A stretch of 64,000 bases of DNA from the human T2T-CHM13v2.0 reference genome, Homo sapiens (GCF_009914755.1 NC_060929.1), one strand, 5' to 3'. Counted from the stretch's first letter, positions 1 to 14,268 are shown. Numbers and translations are program-made. Notes: generated from the letters alone by a model not told the origin.

Positions 1-292
1 TAAACAATGTAATTTGATTAGAGAAATGGAAATTGATGAGGAAGATTGCCTTGGAAATATAATAAGTGTGATTATGAAGCTGGAAGTGGAGGCTGTCAGC
101 ACTTAATGATGCACTTCACTTTGTAATATACATCTTTAGATAAGAATTATGAAATGGACTTCTTTGATATTTTACATTGGAAAAAAGTTAAGGATTTTTC
201 TGGCTGAGAAGACTGGAAACAGAAGAAAAGAAGAATGAGCTTGATTTGTTATTTTGAGTTTGCTGAGCCCCCAAGGACACTTCTTTCTTTAG

Positions 293-675
<383 letters not shown>

Positions 676-2725
676 GTGCAACGTTTTATTAAATGGTTTC
701 AGAGAGAAAGTCTGAAACCAAGTCTGAATGTTGTCACCCCTGACCGTGGGGTTGTGCTTGATGTATAGATGTATGGGAAAGCACAGAAGGAGAAAAGGGA
801 ACTCAGCATCTATTAGATTGGAAGAGAGTAGCTGCAGTTGGTGGAATCCTTAAGTGATCCTGGCTGGAGTCGCTTCTGGAGAGAAGAGCTTTGATGCTTT
901 TGCTTTTGTGAAAAAGCCACCTGCACTTTGAAAGTTCCTTCTGAATGTTCTCAAGAGAGGATTCTTATGGTGATCCGGTGGAAAGAGGAGGGAACGCTGG
1001 GTTCATGATAGTGACCTTTAGCCTGATTGGCCAGGAAAACTATTCTTCACCAAACTTTCATGTAAAAGGATTACGCATTAAATATATATTTGGAAGACTT
1101 TGAATCATCTTTTGTCCCTGGCCTAATGCCTCAGTTAGGGAAAGGAACTTACACAGTAAGAAGTTTTTGAACTTAAAGAAGTTCAGGTTTTGGCTAAGGG
1201 GTTGGAGCTGGGATGGCAAATACTGAGCATGCCGACCACCGTGCTCCTCGCTTATGCATGTGGCAGACATCACTAATCTATCAGAGCACAGTCCCCCTAG
1301 AGTCCAGATGTGGATGCATTATCTTTCTTAGCACTTTAGGCAGCTGCTACTGAACTGATCAGCATTACATAAGAGTTTTGCCTATCACATCTCCACACCC
1401 CTTGCAGTGGGTTACAAGGTAAATTTAAAAAATAGTCTGAAGCTTTTGGAGTAGACCAATCTGTAGACCATTCTGGATCCTGTCCTCTAACCAGAGAACA
1501 GATGAGAATGGTCCCACACTGTGACCCATAAGGCATCTACTGAGCACATGCCAGTACTTTGGGAAGAGAAGGGCTTAAGACAGTTTTTACCTTCAAGAAC
1601 GTGCTTATTATTGGGAAAGCGGAAAGATAGCATAAGAGGCACCCCAAGCACATATTTTGTAGACTAACAATTTAAGAGAGGGGAGCTTAAATCCCATGGA
1701 GCTGAAGTCTTAAGAAAGAACAATCTTGTTTATTTTTCTCTCTGCCTGGCTGGCTGATTGGATGTGTTAACTTACATTGCTGATCTGTATAAAAGTTGAC
1801 ATGTAAAGATATATTTCTTGAAAGTACCTTCATTGGAAAGCCTGGGGAGATGACAAATACGGGAAAATCAGCATCTTAACAAAATAATTGAATCTGAGGA
1901 GCACCAGGGAATGCTAGTGATGTTCAGGTGTTAACTCCCCGTCTCCTCAGTAGGCTGCGGAGATGAACTGAAGAGAACTAGAAGAGAAGAGTTAAGGTGG
2001 AGAGGTAGTGTTAAAGAACTGAAGCCTTGGAGCTAGCAGGCAGGGAAGGCAAGAGCTGTGAGAGAATGAATAAATAAATGGATACTTAAGTGATATTTTT
2101 TCCCTTTGCATTACCCTTCCCTTTTTTTCTGGGGCAAGGTGGGGTGAGAGTGACAGAGAGAGGTTTATTTAATTAATTAGTGTCAGAAGCACATTTAAAA
2201 ATGTATATTTTTGATATAATTTGTATAAGAAAATTATATGGAAAGTATTTTGCTCAAAAAGTTTCCTAATGTAGATTATCTTTTGAAATGATCAAATAGA
2301 ACCCTGAATTAGTTGGTGGATTTATGTATTTTATTTTCAATTGGGCATTTTTAAAAACACAATTTGGGCTTTTTTTCTTTTCTTAGTTTTTGCATATATT
2401 TTCAGTGTCATGCTGATCTAAGATTTTAATGCATTTACGTGGAAACATTTTTAAGGGATCAGGATATTTATAGGATTGAAATACTGTTTAGGGGTAGGCA
2501 ATATAAGGTAATCTAGTCAGTTCAAAAAGATATTCATTAAATAGTATGAATTGACTTTTTTTATTAGGAGAAAATGACCTATTATATTGCATCTGGTATA
2601 ACATTGCCTGGTCACCTTCCCCCCACTCCCTAGAAGTACATTTCTTAAATGTTTTCTGGGACAGGCTCTCAAAGTGAAAGAGATGGGGATTGTATTTTTT
2701 TTCTTCAATTTTCTTTAAATCTTAA

Positions 2726-3030
<305 letters not shown>

Positions 3031-3404
3031 TTTCCTTGAATTTTTTAGAGGAAACTTTTGACCAGGGTAGATACCAGAGAATAAACATTGAAAGCATGAC
3101 TTTCTGCAGAGACCGTAGGAAATGCTACAGATTATAATGTTTCCTAATTTATGAATAGAAAAGATATGAGATACCTCATTTGTGTTATGCTAGATATACA
3201 ACCCAATTAGTAACGAGATAAGTTTTCTTTGTTTATTGACAACTAGATGAAGTGATATTAGAAAGTTATAAATGGAATGTTCAGAGGGCTGTGATGGATT
3301 TTATATAAAAATGTATACAAACAAGTCATCGTTTTCAAGAACCACCAAGACTAAACTACAGCAAGTTATCTGTGGGGACTGATGCTCTTTAAAGTCCATG
3401 GATT

Positions 3405-3725
3405 CAACCTTTATTTACTCATCCACCAAATATTTATTGTGATATATTTTTATGTGCCAGCCTCAGGCATAAGTCATGGGAATAGTGCAGGAGTAAGATC
3501 CAAAACCCATAGTCAAGAGTAAATAGTTACATTTTTAAACAAGTGCTTCTCAATAAACATAGACTTACAACTTTACGACTTTTGAGGAGAGGAGAAAGTT
3601 GCTAATTTCACCTCATGTGTGGGTAAGGCTTCACCAGGGAACTATGCTTGAGCCTGGAAAATGAAGAGGAGTTTGCAAGGTGGGTAGGAGGGGTGGGGGC
3701 CTACCAGGCAGAAAAGAATGCCTAT
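3405..3725 (-). mobile_element. L2 3' fragment
   Basis: catccaccaaatatttattg resembles the antisense L2 3' tail, followed by purine-rich L2-like sequence. Confidence 0.6.
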
Positions 3726-4614
3726 ATCGGAACACACAACTCCATTCTACTTTGCCTACTATCCAAACAACCTGGACAGAAGTCTGTCTGTCACTTATAT
3801 TTCTAAAAATCTCCAAAACAGGAAATACAGCTTGACCCTTGTTATCTGAAGAACTTAGCAGTGGTGAAATTTCCAATCATGGTATTCAAACTGCCAAATA
3901 AAATTTTGCAGTCAGCATTTCTCTTAATCCAACAACCTTTTCACCTTCAAGTGACTTCCCAGCCTCAAAGAGCCTCTCATCTTTTGTGGGTCTCTGGTGC
4001 TCCAGAATTTGCACAGATAATAGTTTTTTGCTGTCTTTGGAAGACAAGCTTTTGGACCAGGTAGCCAGTTTTGGGCCCTATTTGGGGACATAACTGGCAA
4101 CTCTGGGCCCCGAGAGAAAGTCAGAGGTGCTCCACTGCAAAATTCACCTGGTGAGAAGAGGGGAGGGAATCCAGTTTTCTTTTTCTCCACTGCCTTTGTT
4201 CTTTCCCAGTGTGGAGTAGAATGCCCTGCTCTGCAAGCTCCCAAACTCCACAAGTTCTCTTTTAAGATTAGAGGATGTTGTTCTGCGGAACAGTGCTCTT
4301 GAGGCTCTAAGGTTTCTCTTAACCCTGGGCTGAGTGTGTCTAACCACTGTCATTACCTCCAGAATTCTCTGCAGGCCTCTTTTGAAGATGTAAAAAGATA
4401 ATTTTGCTGCGGGGGTAGGGGAAAGAAAGCAGCAAGTGGAAATACTTGGGGGCTGTTTTTATTTTTTTAATCTAAAAGTAATTTTTAGAAGCCAGCAGCT
4501 CAATTTTTCTCTCTTTAAGGGGCCAGCTACAAATAAAGGTACTTATAAATATTAAAATGCTAGAACCTTCATATAAAATGTCCGATAGTTGTGACCATTT
4601 TGATTGTGGTTTTG

Positions 4615-4741
4615 TATATTTATTTAGAGATAGGATCTCGCTGTGTTGCCTTGGCTGGCCTTGAACTCCTGGGCTCAAGAGATCCTCCCACCTCAGCCTC
4701 CCAAATAGCTGGGACTATTGGCACATGTCACCGTGCCTAGC
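4615..4741 (-). mobile_element. FLAM-type Alu monomer
   Basis: Single Alu arm with the old diagnostic cttgaactcctgggctcaag. Confidence 0.85.
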
Positions 4742-4824
4742 TTAGATTTTGTGCTTTTAAAGATAAAGTCTCATCCACTCTGGCTCCACCACTTTTTTTT
4801 TTTTTTTTTGCAAGATACGGCTAA

Positions 4825-4945
4825 TCAACATAAGCCTTAATTTTATTTGTTCATAAAATGGGAAAAATAATTTCTACTTCCCAGTTCTTATGAGAATTAG
4901 GTATACGTAATATAAAATATCTGTGACATAATAGTTGCCAAATAA
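4825..4945 (+). mobile_element. MIR fragment
   Basis: MIR core-like taaaatggg...aataat...atgagaatta. Confidence 0.55.
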
Positions 4946-5164
4946 AGAGCAACCATTTGTAGTAATAAAAACAGAATCTGAAACCCTTAATTTGCCATGT
5001 TTTTATTCTCATAACTGCTTTTAAAAAATTCTAGATAGTAAAATAAAAGCACTATATTTAAATTTAAGCATTTTAAAGATAAAATGAAATGTGTATACGT
5101 GTATGATGTGTGAATATATGTTGTCCCTCATACCTAATTAATGAACTAAAATTGTGTTTTCTGA

Positions 5165-5400
5165 GTGTGTGTTGACATGCCAGGGGGTGTAGAGATGATC
5201 CAATTGGGTATGGAAAGAAAATATTAGATGTGCTTATAAAATTGTTTTATCCTTTTAAAATTTTTATTTTATGTGTACATTATGTAGTTAGCTAGTATAG
5301 TAGTAAATACATAAAATACATAAATAACATATATTGGAGATATTAACTCAATGTTTTAAACTAAAAAAAAAATCTCATAAGAGCTTCACAACCACTGGTC
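5165..5400. mobile_element. Possible hAT-Charlie-type MITE remnant
   Basis: Ends in aaccactg (Charlie-like terminal repeat) with an AT-rich interior; family not assignable. Confidence 0.35.
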
Positions 5401-5454
5401 TAAATGGCCATTTATAACATAAACATAACACTTATGACAAATCATTTTAAGTTA

Positions 5455-5572
5455 TATTTTATTTTTAAATTAGAGACAGGGTCTTGCTCTGTCACCCAGG
5501 CTGGAGTGCAATGGTGCAATCATAGCTCACTGTAACCTCAAACTCCTAGACTCAAGAGATCTCCTGCCTTGG
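5455..5572 (-). mobile_element. AluJ/FRAM partial (right arm)
   Basis: gagacagggtcttgctctgtcacccaggctggagtgc...atcatagctcactg; truncated. Confidence 0.85.
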
Positions 5573-6228
5573 CAATAATCCATTATAACATGAAAGTCCT
5601 TCTCGTTGAGTCCAATTTACCTTCTTGGAATTTTATCTTATTTAATGTTTGAACATAGGTTTGAGATTTAGCAAGATTTTAAAAGTGACCATTTTTAGAT
5701 ATTTATGGACAGTTTTATTTTTATTCTTATTCTACATATCTTTGCTAGTAATTTTCTATCATGTGCAGTGGTTCTTTAATTGTTTGGATTTGCTTTTGGT
5801 TCCAAATCTGAGGACTTGGTATGTTGGGAAATAAAAGATACTAGAACAGAACCCACCTGTCTCAATAGGTGTCTGAGGTTTGCATCTGTGAACCTTTTCT
5901 TCGGCACTCATTGTATTTCTTGTTGGGGACTTCTTGAACCATGCAGTGAAACATTTACTGAATATCCCATTTGCAGAATCCATTATTTGTGCCTGGAGTG
6001 AGGTCGTGTTCTTGGCAATGGTTTTTTTAGTCATGTCTTTTTAGAGCGTGATACCTCTTTACTCAGCAGAGCTTCCTACTTATCCACATTTCTTTGATTA
6101 TTTAAACACCCTTTTTAAAGAGGATTAGCAGAATTCCTAATCTTATTCTTTGGCCCATGACACCCATACATAATATGTCTCCAGAGGTTGATTCTCTTGC
6201 ACTGACAGGTAAAAGGTTCATATAGTTT

Positions 6229-6314
6229 CTATACATACTATACTATACTATATTATACTATACTATACTATACTATACTATACTACACTATACTGTACTA
6301 TGCATACTATACTA
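6229..6314. repeat. (TATAC)n pentanucleotide microsatellite
   Basis: About 17 imperfect tatac units, seen directly. Confidence 0.95.
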
Positions 6315-7279
6315 GGGGGAGGGGGCAGTAAAACCAAAGACTGTGTTCTGATACACTTTGTTGTCAGAAATTTTGGCAACCAAAGCGTAAATAACATGAA
6401 TGACGAAAGTATGTCTAGAAAGTGGCTTCCTCCTTCCCTTCTCCCTCACCTTTTTTTTACTCCTCCTGTCTGTTTCCTGATGGCTGCCACAACTTCTAAG
6501 AGACAAAGTTGACCCAACCCTCTCGGCCCAGCCTGCTGGATCACAGCATTTAAGGCACTGGGTTAGATGTGGTCCAGGGAGCTATTTTCCGGTAACCCAT
6601 ACATTCTGCTCCTCATCTTTAGTACCAGCTGGCTCTCATCAAACTAGGTAGTACCCCAGAAATAATTATTTGCTGTAGTTAACTTTGCTATAGTTAACTA
6701 CAGCCAACTTGCTGCAAGGCACAATTACACGTTACTTTTACATAATATGAAAAGGGATCCATTTTCATTATTTCCTTACTGTCCTTATAAAGAAGAAAAT
6801 ATTTCCTTTTTCTTTTTTAGTCTACGTATCATAACCTATGTGTTTACATCTCCCCATTAGACTTGTTTTGCTGTCATCTCAATGCCTGATCTGGTTTCTA
6901 GTGTGTATTTTTTTGTTTTTGCCTAGGGTAAATAGAGAACCCATGGGGGATATTTTCAATTATTTCTGCTGAAATTTTCTTGAGTTGTCAACAATGCCCC
7001 TATTTGTTGTCTAGCCACTGTGTAAACCGACTTTGACAAAGACTGCTGGGAATTCAGCTTGTCTTTGTTTTTCATAAAGAAATATATTAACTATCTTTTG
7101 ATATTTTTTTCCAAAAATCTCTTGTGACTGGTGCCGCTTACTTTTTCATTGCTTCTGAAGTAAAAACAAATTTGTCTTTTTTATGCACAACTGTAGAATT
7201 CTTCATTTTGTGGCAAAGCCTCAAAATGAGATTAATTCTTCCCTTTAAGGTGTCATGATGTATCTAAAAGATGGAGAAA

Positions 7280-7280
<1 letters not shown>

Positions 7281-7310
<30 letters not shown>
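7281..7310. repeat. (CA)15 microsatellite
   Basis: Seen directly. Confidence 0.97.
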
Positions 7311-7313
<3 letters not shown>

Positions 7314-8974
7314 ACTATTTATCTGGTTGCAAATAAAAAAAAGCCAAATAGCCTGTCTGTTAAATCTTCATTCACTACACCTCTGTAGCTGTTAGTTTTA
7401 ATAAAAACGGTGGTGGCAATGGAAAATTGGGGCAGAGGAGGGCTTTGTGAGCGTGTGATTGGATCTTTTTGGAATTACAGAAGTTTTCACAAAACATTTT
7501 GTACCTAAAGGCTTTTCAAAGCAGCATTCCATTCATACAATTTAGCTATGCAATCACAGTTTATAACAACCTTGGATGCAGTTGGTGGCTCCATCAAAAA
7601 TTTGTACTAACAAGTTTCTTTATGTGGGCTGTATAATAAATAGCTGCCCATTCATAGTCTTTGTATTAGCATACCCGGGAAGTCTTGTTTTTCCCCTCCT
7701 AAGGCCTGCTGATAATAGGTGCCATGCATCATACTGATCCTATCAGTGCTTTGTTTTGAAATCAGTTACTATTATAGAGTATACATATTTTTCCTTTGAC
7801 CATTTCCTATATTAAAAGTACTTAGTTTTATTCAAATGATATATTAAGAACCTATGGTATGCATAGAACGCTTTGGGCACTAAACCATATTAGGTAGTAG
7901 ATGGCTCTTCAAGATGAGAGTAAATGGTCAGAAGCATACCTGTTTTCCTTGAGTTAAATATTGCATGCTTTTTATTTTGTGTAAATATAACCAAAGGTAT
8001 TATGGAGTTGGGTTGTCACGATAGCTTTATCATCAGTTTGACAATTTGATACTAGTTATGTACTATTATTAGTGTATGATTCAAGGAAGAAACCGAAATT
8101 ATTGTTCTAAAAAGAGATAATCTTTACAAATAAATAATTTCACTTAATATTTTTAAAGTATGTGGACAAAAGATCTCTGCACAATTAACCTATGTATGAG
8201 GGTTTGGAGATAATTGTTCTAGATTTGTTCAAACCCTTACAAAACTGGTAGTGTCAGAAATGAAAGGAGCAATTCAAACAATATGGAAACTGAGAAAAAA
8301 ATATGAGTTCGTTCAGTAACACTCACCTCCTCCTTTTTTTTTTTTTTTTTTTTAAAGAAAATTATCACCTGGTTTAGATTTAAAAATAGCTTTTCAATTG
8401 CAGACTTCCAAGTTTGTCTCAATGTTCTCAGCACTGTGGGGTCAACGTGGATGCACAGTGTGTGTTAACAGTGCTTTTGTAACCATCTCGGGATTTTTTA
8501 AATGTCTTGTTATTTCTGTGAAGTCACACAAAAAAGCGACTGCTGAAATATGCAAGAAATTAGAGCAAGGTGATAGGATCTGGAGCACCTTATAAAAGCC
8601 TGACCTTATGCTTTAATTTGTTTATCTCCCACACAATCTTTTCTTTTCGAAAGTTTGATTGTGTTGTAGTTGGATTTTGTGGATTAGGACAATTATGCTG
8701 AATGACTTTAAAATCTCTTTGCATGCACTTTTAGCTTGGGCACGTCTTGTAATTCCTCCGAGAGAAACCAGAAAGTCCTTCCCAGAATTCCCAGAGTAGG
8801 GCTGTGCAAGAAAACCACCCAAGAAAGAGCAATATGAATTTAGGGAAGCAATTATCTTTGTTCTGCATGCATTTCTGCTATTCAGCACTGCAAAGGTTGG
8901 TTATCACATTGAAAGCTCCATGACAAGAAGGAGCCAGGACAATCTGAAACCAAGCAGAATATGCAACTGAAAGA

Positions 8975-9082
8975 ACATGCGCCTTGAAATCAGACCAAAC
9001 CTGGGTTTGAATTCTGGGCTTGAACCCTGGTGCTGACATTTTTAGCTGTATCACCTTGAGCTACTGTCTTTGAGACCCAGTT
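8975..9082 (+). mobile_element. MIR fragment
   Basis: gaaatcagac...cctgggtttgaattct...ttagctgtatcaccttgagc matches the MIR 5' region. Confidence 0.65.
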
Positions 9083-12000
9083 GTTTTTTGTTTGTTTGTT
9101 TGTTTTTGTTTCTTTTAATCATTGAGAATGTGGGCTAGGTTTACATGTAACTGCATAGCACAGTGGTGGAATCCTTTTTTTTTTCCAGCTTACTTAGGAT
9201 AAAGGAACAGACATCCATTCACCTTTGACAAGTAATAAAGGATATTTGCATCATTCATTTTAATTGAATTTTCATTTTTTTATCATGAAAAAATGCCATG
9301 GCATGTCATTGACCATGAAAACTCAGTTTATAAACAATTTGGGGCATTTCTTTCTTGCTTTAAAGAACAAGTTATTTCAGGATATCTTTTATATTTAATA
9401 TTGTGCAATAGAAGTGATGTGGCTGATGTCAAATCTAAATTGAGTTTCCAAGAAGAGTGTCTATTCATTGTGCGTTTGCTTCTAGCTGAATTTTGAAGTA
9501 AGTTTTCTCTCTTTCATATTTGTACTTCATTTTAATGGTGAAGGCAATTTATAAAAATAATGCATAATCAAACCTATCAAGGTAGAACAACCTTTAGCCC
9601 ACTAATTTAAATTTCTTTGATAACAAACAAACAAAAACACCCTGTCCTTCCATGGCTAAACTACAAAGCATCCTTTACTCAGATTGTGAAATAATAAAAT
9701 TACATAATTTATATATATAAATGTTAAAAAGCATTTCTAAATTGCTTCCAGGTCTAAATGTATAGGTTAGTTACAACCAGTTAGACTTTTACAGTATTTT
9801 TTAATGTTTCTTGATATGTAGTGATAGTTAAGTGCATATCCTTTTGGAATCAGATGTAGTTTAGCTAAATAAATTAAATTGAAAAGTAAGTTAGCGATTA
9901 AATGTTGAGGTGAAAATGTAGCCTTACTTTGGTTTCAGGCATTACCTTTTAAATAAGGTATAATAAAGCTTTAATTTTAAGTCTTTTAGTTATTAAATCT
10001 GCTTCATGTTTTGGTATGATTCTAGGCTGAGACCTTCCATCTTCTCCCTTCTCAGTCCCAAGTCAGGATGTGGTGTGGATCATTAAATAGATGCTGTGTT
10101 TCATAATTACATCAATTTATGAATCCAGTTTTGGAAATATAAAAGCAATTGTGAATTTAATATTAGAGATCATGGTAACTAACTTTCCTGTTATTTTCTA
10201 AGTTTTTTTTTTAATTGACTGTATTGGGGTAAGGGATCTGTTTTCTGTGTGATTCCCTAATCTACTTAATTAATACCTGATACAGGAGTTGTATGAGTTT
10301 GTGCCCTGAAATTGCTTATTTTTCAAACATCAGGTTTCTCTAAGAAATATTTACTGAGGACTTTTTTTCCTTTTTATTCATGAGACAAGCCAGGAACTTT
10401 CTAGATTAAACCAGAACTGTTCTGATAAATATAACCTCATTTACACATTTTAAAAAAAAGTCATTGAAGGTCTATTCTGTCACAAGGGAAATCATTTTTC
10501 CTTTGACATACAAATGAGAGAGAAAAGTTAAATATAGTAGATAATATTAATGCAGTGACCATGCTGAGGACCCAAAAGCGTGACTATTTTCCAATTTCAG
10601 CTTGGTAAATGGGGGCAGTAAGCATAGAAACCTATGGTCAGCTGGAATGAATGAGAGAAAACAGCAGTGACCTTTGCATCAGGGGAAAGACATCATTCTG
10701 CTTCTGGCTTTTCACAGCTTATGTGTTTGTGTTTTTAATGTATGACTGAACCTGAAAGTTCATCTCTAATCTTGATCCACAGGGAAATGGCAGAACTCCT
10801 AACCAGCCAAATGATACAAATTTAAATTTCTTGTGGAGGAAAGGTCAGTCATATTCTGTTCACTGGGGACAATCTCAGCACAGCTAACAATCCTTCTGAT
10901 TAAAATTCCTGTTGAGAGCTAGCGATTTGTCTGATTGGAAAACTAAATAAGTCCTTAATCACCTAGATAAGATGACATCACTGGGGCATCATAAACTGTC
11001 CAACAAACGAATAACCCCTCTCAAATATCCTCTTCATTTTAAAATTGAAAACCAAAAACATAGGGCTGCATTTAACAGCAACTATTTATAGTTTTGTGAT
11101 GGAAGGCCTCCAGTTTCCTATAATCCCCATTGTTCTCTAAAAATAAAGACCCATTTAACCAAGGAGGATTGACAAGTGATCTTGTGATGTATTCGAGTTA
11201 TTGTTCAATGTGTGAGACTAGGGAGGGTACCATAACATCATAGCAACACTTATGGGAACCTGGCTGGATGGGGCACTGCCTTGGCCCACTGTACATACCT
11301 GTTTGCACACTTACTGTTGAAAAGTAACACTCCTGTAGTTGATTTCTGCTTTTCCAGTGAAACACATAAGCCTTTTTATAAGATGAGAACACAGCCAGCA
11401 TATTTAGTTTGTGACAAGTGATGGACCTAATGAATTAGACCAGCATGGAGATGATTCAGTTCCCCGCCTCCATCCCTAAGGCTCTTGTGTTTTTTAAACG
11501 TGGGAGCTTTGTATCTGTACCATCTCCGTCTAACTAAGACTAGCCTATGAAGTCTCAGGCTAGCTTTTATCCTGAATTTAAAACAACCTGAGATGCACCA
11601 TTTTAATCATAGACCAAGAAAATGATGTAGAGGAGCAGCCTAACATCCTTGTTACTATATCTAATACCTATATTAGGTTTTACCTGAGAGTTTCCACTTA
11701 CAGTTTACTTCTTTCTTGTTCACTTTTTATGTGAAAAAGCAGATACAACTGTAGTATCATATTTTTCTTATAAACCAGAAGAAAGTTATAAAAAAAAAGT
11801 GAAGAAAAGATATACATGCAAGCTAGGTGCATTTCCAGTCCAACCGTGAAATTACACAGGGAAGTGGCTGTCTTCCCTGCCTCTGTCAGTTTGTGTGGGG
11901 AGCTCTGGAGAACCGGGGACAGTGACTGCATTCAGAAAGGCCCTGGGAGTCTTTATTTGAGGCTTCTCATCTCATCGCTGAAGGCCTGAAGGAGAATTTG

Positions 12001-12481
12001 GAGATTTCTCACAACTGGTAAACCCTGACATTTTGTTTTTAATCTCTTCCTCAATGTGAACTCTGTCAGATGCTCTGAGAAGACACCCAACAACAATTGC
12101 TATCCAGAGTCTAAAACTGCTCCAGAGAAGGACTTTCTTTTGAAGAGTATGATAGCGAATATATACTCTGAGCGTGTAGCTTTTCATATGAAATTATAAT
12201 AAATTGTGCATGAAGGTGAAACACTGAGGAAGATGCAGCCTTATTAAATTGAATTTAGTGGATGGTTAATTCTGATGATGCTGAAATATTGCTCATTCTG
12301 AAAAAGGCACATTGGGGCCAGGAAAGTCCTTGATGTATTTGGCATGGAACTGTGACATTTAGCTGTTAGGCTGGCGTGAAGCATCTTGGATAGCACTGAA
12401 GGAGTGAGGGCCGAATACTTGAGTGGTTTCACTTTTAATGCATTTGTGCCTGATTATAATTAAGAACTTTATAGATAGTAA

Positions 12482-12859
<378 letters not shown>

Positions 12860-13934
12860 TGGGATATATTTTTAAATGTGTAAGTTGGACATTTTCAGTT
12901 ATCAGAATGCAGCCATATATTGTGTGTGAAAATGAGTATATTGTGTCTTTCAGGTAAATAACTGAAATACGTGACAAAGGGGGTAGACATTGGCCCATGC
13001 TTAGCAGGTTTTAGAAAAGCAAAACAATTCCAAATATTTATTTATTTTTAAAAAGGATGCACGTTGTAGGAAGCAACGAACAAATGAAGACAAAGTCACG
13101 GACTGAAAGCTTGATAAAAGTTTGTGGAGAAATAAAATAACAAAAATTGAGAAAAAGAACCTTTAAACGTTTTTGCTGAGCCCAGTGTGCAATTTCATTG
13201 TACTTAGCACTGGTAAGGTTGGTGAACCTTGGGAAGGTGATTAGGGTTTTTTCTCATTTATATAGTATAAGCCCCAGATAGTTGTGTAGTGATAAACTGA
13301 ATTTTAACCTCAATTCCATACTATCTACTTTCAAGGCCTTCATAGTGTGAAGTTATTCCTAAACTGTTTCACTAGTGAGTCTTCACATTTTAGAGAGAAA
13401 AAATATCAAAACTAATTTATCTTCTTGGTGGCCATAGTGCTTTGCATCATGATTTGCTTTGCTGACTCTGAGGACTGTTGTGTGTGAGTGACAGACCGTG
13501 TCATGCAGTCTCCACCTCAAATGCTACTCAGGCTGCATAGGGGTCAAGCAAGGACAACAGGAATCTGCAAGAGTATATTATTTTTAAGGAGGCTTCAGAT
13601 GGAATTTCACTTATTTATTTAGAGTTCATTTGAAGATATATCCAGTTTTGAAATGGTAGCCCATTTGTCAGACATTGATATAGAAAAGCAAAACAATAGT
13701 GATCAAGAGCTGTCTTTAGTGATTTGTGAGACGTATTCTATTTTTCTATCATGCGTTGTGACTTTCTACAATTTATTCTGGTAGAGTTCAGAAAAATCAC
13801 ACATTGTTGGGTATTAAAAATACCCAACAATGGTTAACTGAATATATATTCCTGTACACATAGAAGAACTAAAATTTTGAATGTTTAATAGTGATGTTTA
13901 CAAATGTTTGCCAAAGTCACCATTTTAAAAGCAT

Positions 13935-14198
13935 GTCGAGGATGTCCTATTTTGCCACCTTATCTAACATTGCAAACCACCCCCAACTTTCCCTATAAAC
14001 TTTCTTTGTTTTTTCTTAGTTTCTGGGACTACCTAATGTATTAAATATCTTGCTTACTGTGTTTATTTCCTGTTTCTTTTATCAGAATGTAAACTCCATG
14101 AGAGCAGGAATGTTTGTTCTGCTCACTGTGGTGTTGACCTAGAACAGTGCCAGGCACATAGTTGGCACTGAATAATAAATATTTGTTGAATGAATAAA
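13935..14198 (+). mobile_element. L2a 3' end
   Basis: agaatgtaaactccatgagagcagg ... cctagaacagtgccaggcacatagt ... aaatatttgttgaatgaat, the canonical L2 3' terminus. Confidence 0.85.
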
Positions 14199-14221
14199 TT
14201 GAATTTAAAGAGACCCAGCTG

Positions 14222-14268
14222 TTATTCGTTCAACAGACATTTATTAAGCAGATACTGTGTGCCGTGCC
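14222..14268 (-). mobile_element. L2 3' tail, inverted relative to the previous L2
   Basis: ttattcgttcaacagacatttattaagca...tactgtgtgcc is an antisense L2 terminus. Confidence 0.75.
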
